This document shows, in pieces, positions 13,407-26,529 of a stretch of DNA of 64,000 bases. The notes under the pieces were generated by a model, which saw nothing but the letters and a program-made list of their open reading frames with translations, did not search any database and was not told where the DNA came from. Position 1 is the first letter of the stretch; every line of letters starts with the position of its first letter. The stretch lies in assembly GCA_031835245.2 (NCBI GenBank), contig JAVKOQ020000073.1, forward strand, positions 1 to 64,000. The letters are read 5' to 3'. A program made the translations under genes and the position numbers. Origin of the DNA: Balamuthia mandrillaris. Its lineage: Eukaryota.

Positions 13407-14416
13407 ATGTTGGAGAAAGTAGGTGAACCTCTGGCTGCCTGTCAGGAAGTTATCCAGCGCATTTGTGCACTGTTGGAAATCGATCCTCCAACAGAGAGAG
13501 TTCAAGACTCGGAAGATGCAAAATCCTCCCTCATTTTCAATACTTTGTCAAAAGTACACCCGCCTCTCTTCCTTCCTCCTTCACTCCATTGTCTCAAATG
13601 TGATGTTCGCACAACGCTCTAGGCCCAAACGGTGGCGGAGGCCTTAGTATACATTGATATGTCCACGTATAAACTGGACGATGCGGCTTTTAAGATGGCA
13701 GCTGTGGAGCTTGGTGAAGGTTCTCTGCTTGGGGCACAACAATTGGAAAGCTTGGTGGATGCAATTGCCGTTCCTGAAGGTTTGTTATTGATCTTACTGG
13801 ACACAAAAGGAAGAAAGGTGGGGAGTAATGGTGGGTCTGATTAGCTAATCGAGTCTCCTCTTGCGCACCGATAGATATGCCCGGGCTGGAGAAACTCTCT
13901 ATTGGAACAAAATATAATCAACACAAAACACGAGGAAGGGACGGCAAGGAGTACACAGGCATCTCTCCCTCTCGTCCAGAACACGAAGAGTACAACAGCA
14001 AAGTATCCTATGATGACTACACCATCGAAAAGCACACCGGAGATTACAATCGAGCCTACAGCCTGGGAGAGAAGAGCACCAAACCTGCTCCTATGTTTAA
14101 TCTCACTCCTCCAATAACCACTGCAACAGCGTCAACGGCAACGGGAGCTTCATCCTCCAGGCCTGCACCAGCCCCATCCTCCACAACCACGCCACCTAAA
14201 ACTGCTGCACCTGTGGCTGCCTCTACGGCTGCTGCCGGTAGCAGCAGCGGTGGACACTATGTCGCAAAGAAGATAGAAATCCCCAAATGGACGAAAGGCC
14301 CACCGTCTACCCCCGAGGAGATTGCTGAATACAAGGCCTTCATGATAGCCAAGTACGAAGCGGAACAGCTGCTCAATGCTGAAATTTTGAAAGAAAGAAG
14401 ATCAAAAGGGCTATAA
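13407..14416 (+). CDS. Hypothetical protein (3 exons, Thr/Ala/Pro-rich linker)
   Basis: Three ORF segments can be joined by GT-AG introns (~13554-13622, ~13780-13874) and have protein-like composition. No domain recognised. Confidence 0.5.
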
Positions 14417-15100
14417 ATGTAAACCATGTATTATGCGCACCGTTTTATTGGTTATCCCACCCCACCACCCCACCAGCTAGCCCAGCCTGCCTGCCTGCCT
14501 GCCTGGAGCCTGAGCGAATGGCTAATGCCTATCAACCCAGTGGCCACTGGGAAAAAAAAAAGTGAGCGAGGGGTGGTTTGCTGAACGTGGCGAAATTTCG
14601 GAGGTGGCTTGAGGGGTGCGCCAGGCACCCCCAAATTTTTTGTGTTGGTTTTTTGGTGGTGGCGGCGCTGACCTCAGGGCAGAAGCGCTCTTCATCAGCA
14701 GCGGCGGCGGAAGAAGAAGAAGAGCCCCCACGGTCTGCACACACAACACTTGGCGCAGCCCACTAGCTCCTTTCTTCCCCTATCGAGATTCCTCCTTCAT
14801 TCCACCTCCTACAAACAAACACTGAGGAGAAGCCTCACAACAAAACAACACTCCTGGTCAGCTCCCCTATTTTCTAGAGGTAAGCAGAAATTAGGCAAGG
14901 CTCTTCTTCCTTTGATTGAGCGTAGCCACTGTGGGGAGGGACTAAAACCTCTTCTGTTCTGCCTCTTCCCCTACTCTCCTTCCAAAAGACTTGCAGCCCC
15001 ACAAATTCCCTGCCTAAATCAGACATAGAGGAGGTGGTGTAGCCAACACCAAGGCACATAGGGCTTTTGTTCTTGTTGGTTTTTCTTCTGTGACGGCCGC

Positions 15101-18100
15101 ATGGCGACACCTTCCGCAGCTACGGGTGGTTCGCCACCACCTTTAATCCCCATCAGTTCCCGCCTTAACTACTATGAAGTGCTTGGCTTGGAACCTAATG
15201 CCGATGAAGATGAGATCAAAGCAGCCTATCGAAGGCTTGCAATGAAGTGGCATCCCGACAAGAATCCGAGCCCTGATGCGACAGCTAAATTTCAGGTGTG
15301 TTCTGGTTTCCAATTCTATGGTTTGGTGGTGATAGTTGGCGGTGAAGGCCGGTGTGATTGGCTGATTTTGATTTTTTTCCCCATACTAGGAAATCTCGTA
15401 TGCGTACCGTAAACTTACAACGGATGAAAGTGATTCGGTAAGCAAGTTTCCCAGTCACTCCATCCTATAGCTTGATTTCTAACACTTTGTTGTTGTTGTT
15501 GTTGTTGTTGCAGGACGAAGACATGAGCGATTTTTCGGCTGAAGACATCTTCCTTTCTGTCTTTGGACCGCTCTTTCGATTTGGTAATATTGTCTGCAAC
15601 GTCTATTGCAATTGCCCGCTAACTTAAAGACTTTCTCAGGGAGAAGCAAAAATTCAAAGGTTGTTTTCAACATGTCCGACTTTGTTTGCCCACATCACCG
15701 GGAGTTCGCTTCTCGCTTCTTTGACAGCTCTTCCGACAGCGAATGGGATAGTGATGACTCTTATTACGACTATGAATATGACACGGATGAGGAAGAAGAG
15801 GAAGAGGACAGCGACAGCGACTTTTTCTATTCCTTTCAAACACAACCACCACAAAAACAAACGAAACCCAAAGAGCCAGGTACCCTTGCAGCTTGCCTTT
15901 TGACTGACCCTTTTGTGGCTTGGTTGTGCCCTAATTTTGTACTTTCCGCGTTAGGTCCGCCGGATCGTCCTGCACCACCGAAGCTTTTGGAAAGCACACC
16001 AATTTCTCTGAAAGTCGGCTGGGAAGCCCCTGCCTGCAACGGAGCACCCATACTTTATTACATTCTCGAAATGGACAAAAGCGCAGTGGCTGGTGCTGGC
16101 TTCCAAGAAATTTACAAAGGTACGCTTCCTTCGATTGCTTTGCAGTTTATGTGCACTTTTTTGCGTCCATTTCTGTGGTCCTTATTTTTCACTGCACAGG
16201 GAAAAAGCGAAGCTATGAAGTTAAAAAACTGAAGCCTGGCACCACCTACCATTTTCTTGTCAAAGCAACCAACAGTTTTGGTGCCGGGGGATTCAGTCGC
16301 GTCGCTTCCTTCAATACCCAAGGAGCCCCAGCACGTTACAACGGTACATATCTGTTTTTTTTTTCTTGTCCCGTATCTCCCGGTTGACCTGAAAGTTGCA
16401 GGAAAAGTGGACGATAGTGCCGCAACAAACAAGAACAAAAAAAAGAAACGTAGAAAGAGAAGAAGACATGCACAGCAACAGAATACACTCAAGCAAACGG
16501 GGAAGACTGAGGGGCGGGAAGGAGAAACGACAGAAAAGGAAACTCAAAAATATATTGCCACAACACAGAAGACCACGCTCACAAATGCAAACCGAGCAGG
16601 TATTGTTAAAAACGAAACTAGTGGGGTAGACAAGCAGCCCACGAGAACAGGAGGAGAAAAACATGCCCAAAAACAAAAGCGTAACAATAGAACCGAAGGC
16701 CACGCATCAACGGATGATGGATCAACTACCGAAAAGGCAACAAACTCGACAAGTCAACAAAAAAAACTGAAGAAACAGACTCCTGCAGAAAGAGTAACGT
16801 TGTCTACTTTCTACGATCGATTTGGGAGTTTGGATGGTAACGAATTTAGCAGCGAGGACGTAGATAGTGAGTCCCTGGAGAGGCCAGACGATGAGGAAGA
16901 AACTGAAAGTGGTAGTGGCGGAGAAAACTACGATTCCGAAGATCACCAAGAGGAGAATGGAGATGGAAACGAAGAGATAGACGACGAAAATGACGAGGAG
17001 GATGAAGACGAAGAAGATGATGGGACAGTTGTGAAAGTAAGCGGTTTACCTTGGGAAGCAACTCCCGAAGATATCAAACGGTTCTTCTCTGGATTAGACG
17101 TTGTGGAGGATGAGCTCTCAGTAGCCCTTAATTTTGATGGGAGACCAACAGGGGACGGCTATGTACGTTTCCGTACTCCACAACAGGCCTCTGAAGCTTT
17201 AGCTCGGAGCATGCAGTACATGGGCCGTCGCTATATTTGTGTGGAACCTAGTACAGCTGCTGCATTGCACTCATGCTTGGCATTTGCTCAATCCATTTCG
17301 TCGGCTAACATGACATACCCCAAGAGCGGAAAAGAGGACCGAAGCGACAGAGAATCGACGGACAAAAACAGTGTTGATACTACCTCTCGGAGTAACACTA
17401 CTGCTAGTCAAGACTTTAGCTCGAATGCTGCCAAGTCTATCACCGGTGGAAAAAAGGACCGAACAAAGGGACAGAAGCCCCTGCAAGGAGAAAAGGAAGA
17501 CAAAGATAACGATCCTTCGCGTACTCGAGCAAGTGATCTTTCCGTTTTATTAGCTATGGGATTCGAGGTTTGGTGTTTTCTCTACTTTCTGCCTTCTCTT
17601 GTGTTCGTTGTTTCAAACTGACCACCTTGCCCGTTTGTCTCACCCGCGCTTGGTAACCTTGCAGGACAAAGAGGCACAGGAGGCTTTGCGGAGAAACCAA
17701 AACATGGAACTGACGGTGGAGTGGCTAATCCAACAAAAGGCAAAGAAGGAAGCGGAAGCAGAGCGCCGATCAGAGGAAGCAAAACGGGATGGCTTGCTAC
17801 CGCAACAGACAAGGCCACGCAAAGCTGTCGCTGAAACGGCAGCACCCCCTAAAAGTGCTTCAGCTGCAGCGGGCACATCACCCGGGATTTTCAATGGAGA
17901 ACAACGCAGCGCTACATTCGCTCCGTCCACCACCCCTTATAGATCGTCGGACACTCAAGTGCGAAGAGCAAGTGTTGTCTCTGGAACGGCCAATTTGAAC
18001 GGAGTGGGCTCCTATCCAGGGGGACTAAACCACGCATGGGGGAATGTAGATCCCAGAATTAGGGCTAGGAGTTCTTCTTTGGCATCCTCTTTACATCCCT

Positions 18101-20565
18101 CAATCGCCCCAGCTTCTACCTCCTCTCCAGCAGCAGGCTTACCACTGGGACTTGTTGGTACAGCTACTGCTTACAATAGCACCCTTTCTTCTTCTATCAC
18201 CTCTTCCAGCACCTCCTTCCCAGCCAGCGGACTTTCTGACAGCAGCCTTTTGTCGCTAGACCCAAACAGAGAAAAACAACTATCCTCTTCTTTGTGGATT
18301 GGCAACGTCAGTTCGAAAGTCAGGGAAGAAGAACTGCGTGCCTTATTCGTACCGTTTGGGGAAATAACGAGCCTCAAAATTCTTCGCAGGTCACAATGCG
18401 CCTTTGTGAACTACTCCTCCCCAAGTGCTGCGACTGCTGCCAAGCGTCACATCCAAGGGCACTTACTTAGAGACATGCGGCTGGAAATTAATTTCTCCAA
18501 GCCACCAAAATCTCAGCGCCGTGAGGAACGGCCACCAATCCTCCCCTCTTCAACATCTCTAGCTTCTATTTCACCATCAACATCTTCTGCTTCTTTTTCT
18601 TCATCCTCTGCACCTTTGGGTTCTGGCCGTCCAGTAGCACCCAGCCACATGGGCCTCCCCTATAACACTTCTGTTAAGCGTGCATCTCCAAGTGAAGAGG
18701 CTCTAATACCTCCACAATTCCAACAGCAAACCTACAGCCAAACCGTCCAACAGCAGCAATCCCAAGCTAGCTCTTTAACACCAGAGACCAAGAGTGGTGG
18801 AGCAATGCCTTGGCCTGCTTCTACTCCCACTTCTTTGCGGCAAGCACCGAGAGAACTTGCCACCAGTTCCTCTTCTTCTTCCTCGAATAGCTTAGTTGTT
18901 AGTGCGGATATCTCCTCTCATCACCCACCAAGAACGTTTGCGGAAACTGTGAGCAGCCCCAGGCCGCCAGCTGTTAACGACGAGTCCTCAACTATCTCTA
19001 CTCGGAGTGGTTCTCCGACAATACCTACAGCTTCATCACCATTAGCAATGGTGCAGGATTCTAACAAGTCCCCTCAATTTCCAGAACTTGCGTCTATCCA
19101 TGACAGCGCCACCCCTTCAACTGTTGCCGCCCAAACTAAGCAGATCAATGCCTCTACTCGAAGGACCCCATCTCCCTCTGTTATTGCCCCTCCTTCGGCA
19201 GGAGGTTCAACAGCTGTTGCATCCTCAGCAACAAGCCCGCGCTTAGGGCAACCAGCCAGTGCCCAAGCAGAAGGTGGGGCACCTCGTAGTCCAACCTCTC
19301 CACAGGTTGGTAGCGGTTTGGACAACCGCCCTCCTGCCCCAACGGAAAACATGCTTCCGCTGAGCAAGGCAACTGAAAAGCCTCACCCCACTCCCAGTGG
19401 CGCAGATGCTGCCACCCTCGGCAACAATTCAAATAACAGCGGCAGTACCGCTTTTTCGTGGGGACCACTCACCAATACGCTTCCTTCCGCTGTTTCCCCG
19501 CGGGATGGTGCTACAAGTGAAGGTTCCTCGCTAGCATCAGAAGTGGTCACGCCATTGCTTGCAGCAAATCACGATCCCACGGACCCTTTATATGGCCAAC
19601 CCTCGCTCTCTTCTACTACTGACAGCTCTGCCCCATCACAACCTTTCCAACAGTTACCTTATATGCCTTTCATGGACCCAACAACATTCCAACAGACAAC
19701 CGAAAGCGAGGGTGTGGAGGCTGTTGGCAATGCTCATCATCACCAACATCGCCCACTCGCCGAGCCCATGATGAACGGCTACATCACAAGTTCGGCTGAA
19801 CAACACTTTTTCTCCCCATTTGCGGCGCAACGCCGTTCCTCTGCTAGTGGGATCTATGGGACCAACTCTTTCCTTCCTTCAAACGAGGAGTTATCCCAGC
19901 AAGCCTCCCTCCTGGCAACGGCTACCTCTTCTTCGTCCCCATCAGGACCCGTTACTTCCTCCACCGGAGAATATCACAATACTGCTTCCACCCAATCTCC
20001 TTCTGCCAGACTAAGCATGCTTGATCGTCTCAATGCTGAGGAACATAAGCAACGTCAAGGGGAAGACCTTTCTGCCGCTGCTTTGTCCTCCTCATCCCTA
20101 TCATCTACAATGGCGTCCTCTTCTTCACACACCTCGCCCTCATCCTACGGTTTGTTTGGCTGGCAACCCAAGGGTTTTGGGGGTGACACTTCCTTTTCTG
20201 GTAGCAGCCATCTCTCCATGAACATTTGGGGTGGGTACTTCCCACAACAAGGTCAGTTCTCAACTTCCCCACTCCTCTCCGCTCCATCTCCCTTTGCAAG
20301 TTCCCACGCAGTGGATTCTACAGATTACACAAACCATTTCTACCCACTTCCGCAGCAACACCCCCCTCCCCATCAACACCCTTCCTCTCAACCTCTGTCT
20401 ACACAAACTCCTCCTTATTCCCTCTATTACCCCACCGGAGAAAACAGTTTTGACTATACTTCCTCCTCTTCCCAAATACAACAACTTTCGTCTCCCACTA
20501 ACAACAACGGCCAACAAGGAACCAATGTACATTCCGCTCTTCATCATCCCTTCTATGAATATTAA
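15101..20565 (+). CDS. Multidomain protein: DnaJ - FN3 - RRM (hnRNP F/H type) - UBA - RRM - low-complexity tail
   Basis: J domain: NYYEVLGL...[16 protein letters not shown]3: [23 protein letters not shown] / [38 protein letters not shown]...[11 protein letters not shown]...MGRRYI. UBA: LLAMGFE|..[18 protein letters not shown]. Second RRM: SLWIGNV...CAFVNY. Confidence 0.75.
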
Positions 20566-20646
20566 ATAAGAGTCCTTATTACCTTATACCCCCCCCCCCC
20601 CCTCTTTCCATTAAGAGGCCCCCTTCCTCTCCTTTCCGAACATTTT

Positions 20647-20682
<36 letters not shown>

Positions 20683-20868
20683 GTTCGTTATAGATCGCGC
20701 ATGCTCAACTTGTGCGTGCATGTATTCATGTCGTCACGAAAAAACACGAACCAATGAAGAACAAGCCTGGTTAAACTTAAATTTCCTATTTTCATCCAGA
20801 ACAAACCGAACAAACAAACTATTTATTTATTTTTTTTTTCGAAGTGTTTTGCACCGCAGTATCAACAT

Positions 20869-21357
20869 ATGAAGCGCATCTTCGCTGTGTTCGTAGTGGC
20901 CTTGTTCGTAGGGTTGGCGGCGGCCCAGATGCCCACCAGCGCCAAACCCAAGGTAAAACCCTCCCTTTCCCTTACATGAAAGATGGACCGACGACTAAGG
21001 CTGGTGGTCCTTTAGCCTCCCAAAAACTTCCCTACACTGGAACAAGTGAATCACAAGATGGAAGAAAAGATGCAGGAGCTGAAGGAGTCTCTTGCTAACA
21101 AGAAGGGCCTTCGTGAACGTTTCGGCGCCTACAGGGAGACTCTGACTGAGCAACTGCAAAAGATGGGCCTTAACGGCAGAAAAGTGGAGCCCCTTGAAGA
21201 CTCAGAAATAACCCAAGTGTTGCGCCAAAGGGAGGAGGAGTACCTCAACTTCGTTAATGACTTCCGCAGGAAGGCAGAGGAGAATAAGGAACAACGCCAA
21301 AAGGAACAAGCCGAGCTGAGGGCCAGAGCTGAGGAGCTCAGAGCACAGCTTGCTTAA
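20869..21357 (+). CDS. Small secreted coiled-coil protein
   Basis: Signal-peptide-like MKRIFAVFVVALFVGLAAA. A phase-0 intron at 20953-21015 joins it in frame to the helical, charged exon 21016-21357. Confidence 0.65.
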
Positions 21358-21577
21358 AAAAAACCCTTCTTTCATTAAATGTTTCGCTTCCCATCCCACT
21401 CCCACTCACTCAGCTGTCCAGAAAATAAGCACCAACCACATCGCACACCACTATCCAAAGGAAATACCAAAAGTAACTACTCTCCGAGCTCTTCTCTTCT
21501 CTTCTTCCTCTCATCTACGCAAAAAGTTCTGATTGATAAGATGGTTTTTTGTTTGGGAACATGCAAGGGAAAAATGC

Positions 21578-22176
21578 TTATTCTTGGCTGGGAGCGTCCA
21601 TTGGGTTGTACCTGGGGCGAGGCTTGGTGTGGGCGAGGCGGACTTGACGACCATCCACTTCCTGTATTTTGGTGCACAGTGTGTGAGTGAAAAAATTGAA
21701 AGGGAGGATTGAGAGCGGAAACAGAAAGTACCATGGAACCCGTCTCAACAGCGCGGGCTGCAGAGTCTTCCTGAACGAATTCAACGAAGCCAAAACCTCG
21801 AGAACGACCGGTCTCCCTGTCCGAGACAACACGAGCTGAAGGGGAGTGTCAAGCTTCACTCTTTTACAAAAGAAACTGCGGGACTTACCAAATTTAACGG
21901 GACCAAAGCTTTCTAAGGCAGCACGAAGGCCGTGGTTATCAGTTTGCCAGTTCAATCCTCCCACGAAAATCCTTGTGGGATCGTTCTCTGGTTGCGTGCA
22001 AAGAAAGCGCTGAGAGCCGAGGCCAGCGGGGGTCTGTGTGAAGGGTCGGTAAGAGAAAATGCATGCCAGTGGGGTGGTAGAGGGTGCAAAATCTCTAAGG
22101 TGCTTACTCTGAGGGCAGGGGAGAAAGCGAGGGGAGTGCGGCGGCCAGCCAAAGACAAAGCGCGGGAGAAGCTCAT
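21578..22176 (-). CDS. Single-RRM RNA-binding protein (GRP/CIRBP-like) with probable mitochondrial presequence
   Basis: RNP2 RIFVGGLNWQTD and RNP1 DRETGRSRGFGFVEF, followed by EVDGRQVRL. The N-terminus MSFSRALSLAGRR is Arg/Ser/Leu-rich. Confidence 0.8.
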
Positions 22177-22689
22177 TGTTGTTGGAGTTTGGAGTTTTGC
22201 GAAAAAAAGCAAAATAAACGACTTGAAAGAAAAAAGGGGGATAGGTGACAAAAACCAGCGGGCAAAGGAAGGCCAGGCCAGAGGGGAGAAAGAAAACAGA
22301 AACACCTCCACCAACCCTCGATCGCGCCGTTATTCCAGGAATTATTCCGATTACGAAGAAAAAAAAGTGCCACAAAAGTTACGGGGGGCGTAGGAGATTC
22401 GCCCCTGTGCAGAGGTGGTGAAAGAACAACAAGCATTGAACTGCAGGGAGGCATCAACAGCCAAGTTGCTCCCATCATTCGGTTGGACTATTCGCCATGC
22501 GCCATGTTTCTCAACACCAAAGTTTAAATGTTATATTCCACAGAGAGAGAAAACGCACGTTCTTTCTTATTGTCCGGCTCCCGCAAGTCCACCAAATTTT
22601 GTATGGTGAGGGTTAAATTTTCTTGATTTGCGCAATATGAAGGCTTTGGATCCAACTCTATTTCGGTGATTACCCGAGTTTGGCTTCAA

Positions 22690-23560
22690 GGATGCAGCTA
22701 AATCCATTTGCACCTGTTTTACAGCCTCCCCATTAAGTCTTTACTCTTGATAGTGTGCCTTCTTTTCTCACACTAGCACTACTAATTTCTTTGTATTAAA
22801 CTGTAGTCCGTGAGCCATACCATAGTACCACTCTACAATGATACCCACTGCTGCCTCTTCTGCTCCTCTTTTGCACAATGTCCTTGCCATTATATCATGA
22901 TTTTACAAAGGCTGAACAAAAAGATGGAAGAGCAAGGGTGTGGATAAGCAATTGAATTAAGTGTGACAGTTAAAGAAATGTCTGTTGAAGAAAAGCAAGA
23001 ATCTTACTTGCTTTGCTGAGTATTAGCAAGGGTACCAAGTAGCAAGCTTGTATATGTTTACTTCTATACTTTAGCCATCAACAAAATTTCATTGCTTTGC
23101 TTTACTCTCTTAGTGCTTCAGATAGCTCAAAGAAGGAAAAAATGAAAGGAAGTCCACTTATTTCTTGTTATTCTTCTTTCTTTGCACTAGTATCATTGAT
23201 TCCTTTGCATTAAACTCAAGTCCCTGATTAATCACTGCCATCTTCTCTTGGGAGGATTGCTTTAGATTCTAGAAGGTGAATAAGGGAAATGAAAAACAAG
23301 TTGGAAGGCTGATTATAGAAGACTACATAACAACGCTATTATCAAGTGGTAAGAAATGCAATAGTGCACAAGAGATGAAAATACAAGGAAAGTTGTAAAT
23401 GAGTATGGAAATTATAGGCAGCAAGAGCAAGTTGAATGTAAGGAAGTTCTGCATATTATCAATCCTTAGAAGTAATATAAAAGTAAGACAAAGAGAAAAG
23501 AGGAAAAAGTAAAGAAAAAGATAAATATAATACAAAGCTTGTTCAACGAAGGAAAAGGAA
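22690..23560. mobile_element. Scrambled, internally deleted fragments of a non-LTR (LINE) retrotransposon
   Basis: 22700-22900 (-) matches the RT region at 25060-25500. 22905-23010 (+) matches 34240-34340. 23240-23520 (+) is an inverted copy of 23735-24010. Confidence 0.6.
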
Positions 23561-23699
23561 AAAGCTTACTCAGGTAGATTGAAACAATCCTGAGTTAATG
23601 CTAGTGAAGCAATAAAGAGGACAAAGTAACTTATATTTATTTAAATCCACCCTCTCAAGTGCAAACATGATGATTATGGATGAAGTTATGAAATAAACA

Positions 23700-25970
23700 C
23701 AATTAAAATACAACATGAAAAGGGAAAGTATCCTTCTCTTTCTTCTTTCTTCTTTTATCTTTTCCTTACTTTTACATTATTTTTGAACATTGATAAAATG
23801 CAGAAGAACTGACATACTTCCAACTTGCTCTTGCTGCTTATAAACTCCAGACTCATTTACAACTTTGTTTACATTGTTTTATCTCTTGAGCTCCATTGCA
23901 TTTCTTTTCACTTGACAGGAGCTTTTTTGTATAGTCTGACTTGTTCTTCATCTATCATTCATACTCCAGATTCTAAAGCAATCTTCTCAAAAGAAGTGTT
24001 TTGCAGTTTCTTCTTCAGCTTTGTATGCAGGTATAATAAGGCTAATAGAGGAACAACCTAATGAACACCAACTTGATGAGTGTAAGGATAAGACCTTTAA
24101 TAGAATAAAAGAAAAATATAATTATAGTACCTCTATAGGAGAGTAATATTACACAAGGCACTGACTGTCCTTTTTAATCTGCTGTATGGCTCTTTACTTT
24201 TTTTCAATGGGCAATCCACCACAATGAATAGCATTCATCAATCATTCTTTCCTTGGGTTGATCATCACTAAGCTTCATTGTTGTCTAACTAAACAGCTTC
24301 CACTTGTTCCTTTTTCTCCTTCAGCTATATACTCTGCCTTTGCTACTTCAGTAAGGCCCTCATCCTCTTGGCATTCTTTTCAATGTCACTTGTCTCTTCA
24401 CATCCCTTACCTTCTTTCTTCTCATCTTCCTCTTCCCTTGCTTATCTCTTCCAATAGCTCAAAGTGGTCATCTTGCCTTTCAGCAAGACGAATAACTGCT
24501 TGCCTTTCCAACTCAGTAAGCCTTGATGGTTGACCAGCCCAATTCTGCTCTACAAACCCCTAGCATACTCATCAGACCATGATTTGGAAAGCTCTGTCAT
24601 GCATATGTTGAGAATTACTCTCAACATATTAGTTCCGTTGCCCCTTTCCTTTCCTTTTCTTCCTGTTGACATCCTTGATGTGGACCAATCGCCTGCTGCC
24701 ACATCGCTAGGCTTCTTCCTTTTATTCCATTGCTTCCTCTTTCTTTTAGTTAGTTAGTTTTGTTTCACAGTTTTGGTTCACTCCACATTTTCCCTCTTGT
24801 TTGTTCCCTTGTTCCCTCTTTGAATAATACGTTTTGGCCCTGTCCATTCATGTTATTCGCCCTTTCTAACACATAGTCCATATAACAAGGTAGACTTGAC
24901 AATACCCTCTGCAGCAATCTGGCCAGTGTGTGCACCAAGGCCTTGAGCAATGGCTTCCCACTGCCTAAGGCTGTAGAGGACTTGCTTGGCCTTGGTAATC
25001 CTCTCCTTGGCATGAGTTGTCCACTCACCACTTTCTTCAAACCACAGTCCCAGGTACTTGGCCTGCTTCACACATTTCACAGCCTCCTCCTTAAGTCTTT
25101 ATCCTTGAAAGCAAGCCTTCTTTCCTTGTACTAGCACCACTGATTTCTTTGCATTGAACTGAAGTCCCAGAGCATTCACTGCCTCCACTGCCACATTTTA
25201 TCTTCTCTGAAGCTCAAAAGGATTACTGGCCACCACTGCTAGTTCATCTGCAAACATTCCTTGCTTTATCTCCTCTTTCCTTCTCCTTTGCCACTCGTAG
25301 CTTCTTACCATCACATCAATATACAGATAGAACAAGAAGGAAGACAAAACTCCTCCTTGCTTAACTCCTCTTTCTACTAGAAATTCCTCAAAAAGCTGCC
25401 TGTTCATATGCATGACACTTGTCATACCTTTGTACCCCTCTGTAATAATGCTTACTGCTGCCCCTTCTGCTCCTCTTTTGCCCCATGTTCTTGCATTGTA
25501 CAAGTGGTAATAAGTGCCAGGACGGATTTAGAAAAGGAAGAGGAATCATGGATCAAGTATGGCAGTTAAAGAAGTGCCTAATGAAGAAAAGCAAATATTT
25601 ATCCACCCTTGCTCTCTTGTTTGTATGTTTAACTGCACCAAGATAGCTCCCTCACACCTTGGTTGCATTGCATAAGAGAGAAATTCCTCTATAGTTTGCT
25701 GGATTCTAGGGATTTCCTGCTTTATGCAGGGGGATAATCTGGACCTGCTTCCTCTCTATGCAAACTCCCAATGGTAGAATCCTTCCTTCCCTATTTTGCT
25801 CAATGTTCCTTGAAAGCTGCCATACTACCATGGTGCTCAATAACTGCTTTGGGCTCCTCTGCTCTATGCCACTATCCTTCACATGTTGCCAATCAGTTTC
25901 TGCATTTCCTTGATATTCTCTTGTCTCTGCTGCTTCATTCAGTCTCATATGTTGGCTCTTTGAGCTGCTT
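23700..25970 (-). mobile_element. Decayed LINE ORF2 (reverse transcriptase + C-terminal CCHC remnant)
   Basis: Peptides IIPLHKAGNP*NPANYRGISLL, RGVKQGGVLSSFLFYLYID, GMFADELAVVA, VKQAKYLGLWF and EETAKHFF*EDC, with many stops and frameshifts. Confidence 0.85.
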
Positions 25971-26529
25971 GAAACACAGTATAAACAAAAAGGAGATCTC
26001 CTTTTGGAAATTTGAAAAGGCAAAAAATAATTTTTTAAATATTTTTCCAAAATCAAAAATAATTTTTTTTTCAAATTTTATTATTTATAATAAGGAAAAT
26101 CATAAATTATTTTTATAAGAATGGAATAGTATTTTATAAATATTAAAGATAACATTTTTATTATTATTGTTGTTTGAAAATTAGTATTTCAAAAACAGAA
26201 TTTAATTGTCTAATTTTGTTGGAAAACCAACAATTCGCGTCAAAATTTTGACTTCCTGTCGACACTTTCCCTGGATACCCCAAATTCTTTCACCCCTTTT
26301 TTATTTTCCCTTTTTCCTTGTGACACACTCAAAGCACACACTTTGGTCCACACCTCTTTTCTTGTGAATAAACCCAGAGTCGCTTACATGCTGTCCCTTT
26401 TTTGATCCGCAAGGTTTATCCCCCATCAACAATTTGTCTTTTCCTTTATCTTTTTTTGATTTGGTTGATTGAAAAGATGTGTTGCTATCAGAATCTGAAA
26501 AATCCTCATCACTATTATTATTGTTCTTT

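Noticed and set aside
25972..26010. CACAGT start as a RAG RSS/Transib end, or the hairpin as a Helitron 3' end
   Set aside because: There is no convincing nonamer at 12/23 spacing, no Transib- or RepHel-like coding sequence, and no CTRR terminus.
26239..26252. 14-bp palindrome GTCAAAATTTTGAC near the left end of the element
   Set aside because: It is a single AT-rich occurrence, could arise by chance, and is unrelated to the main palindrome family.
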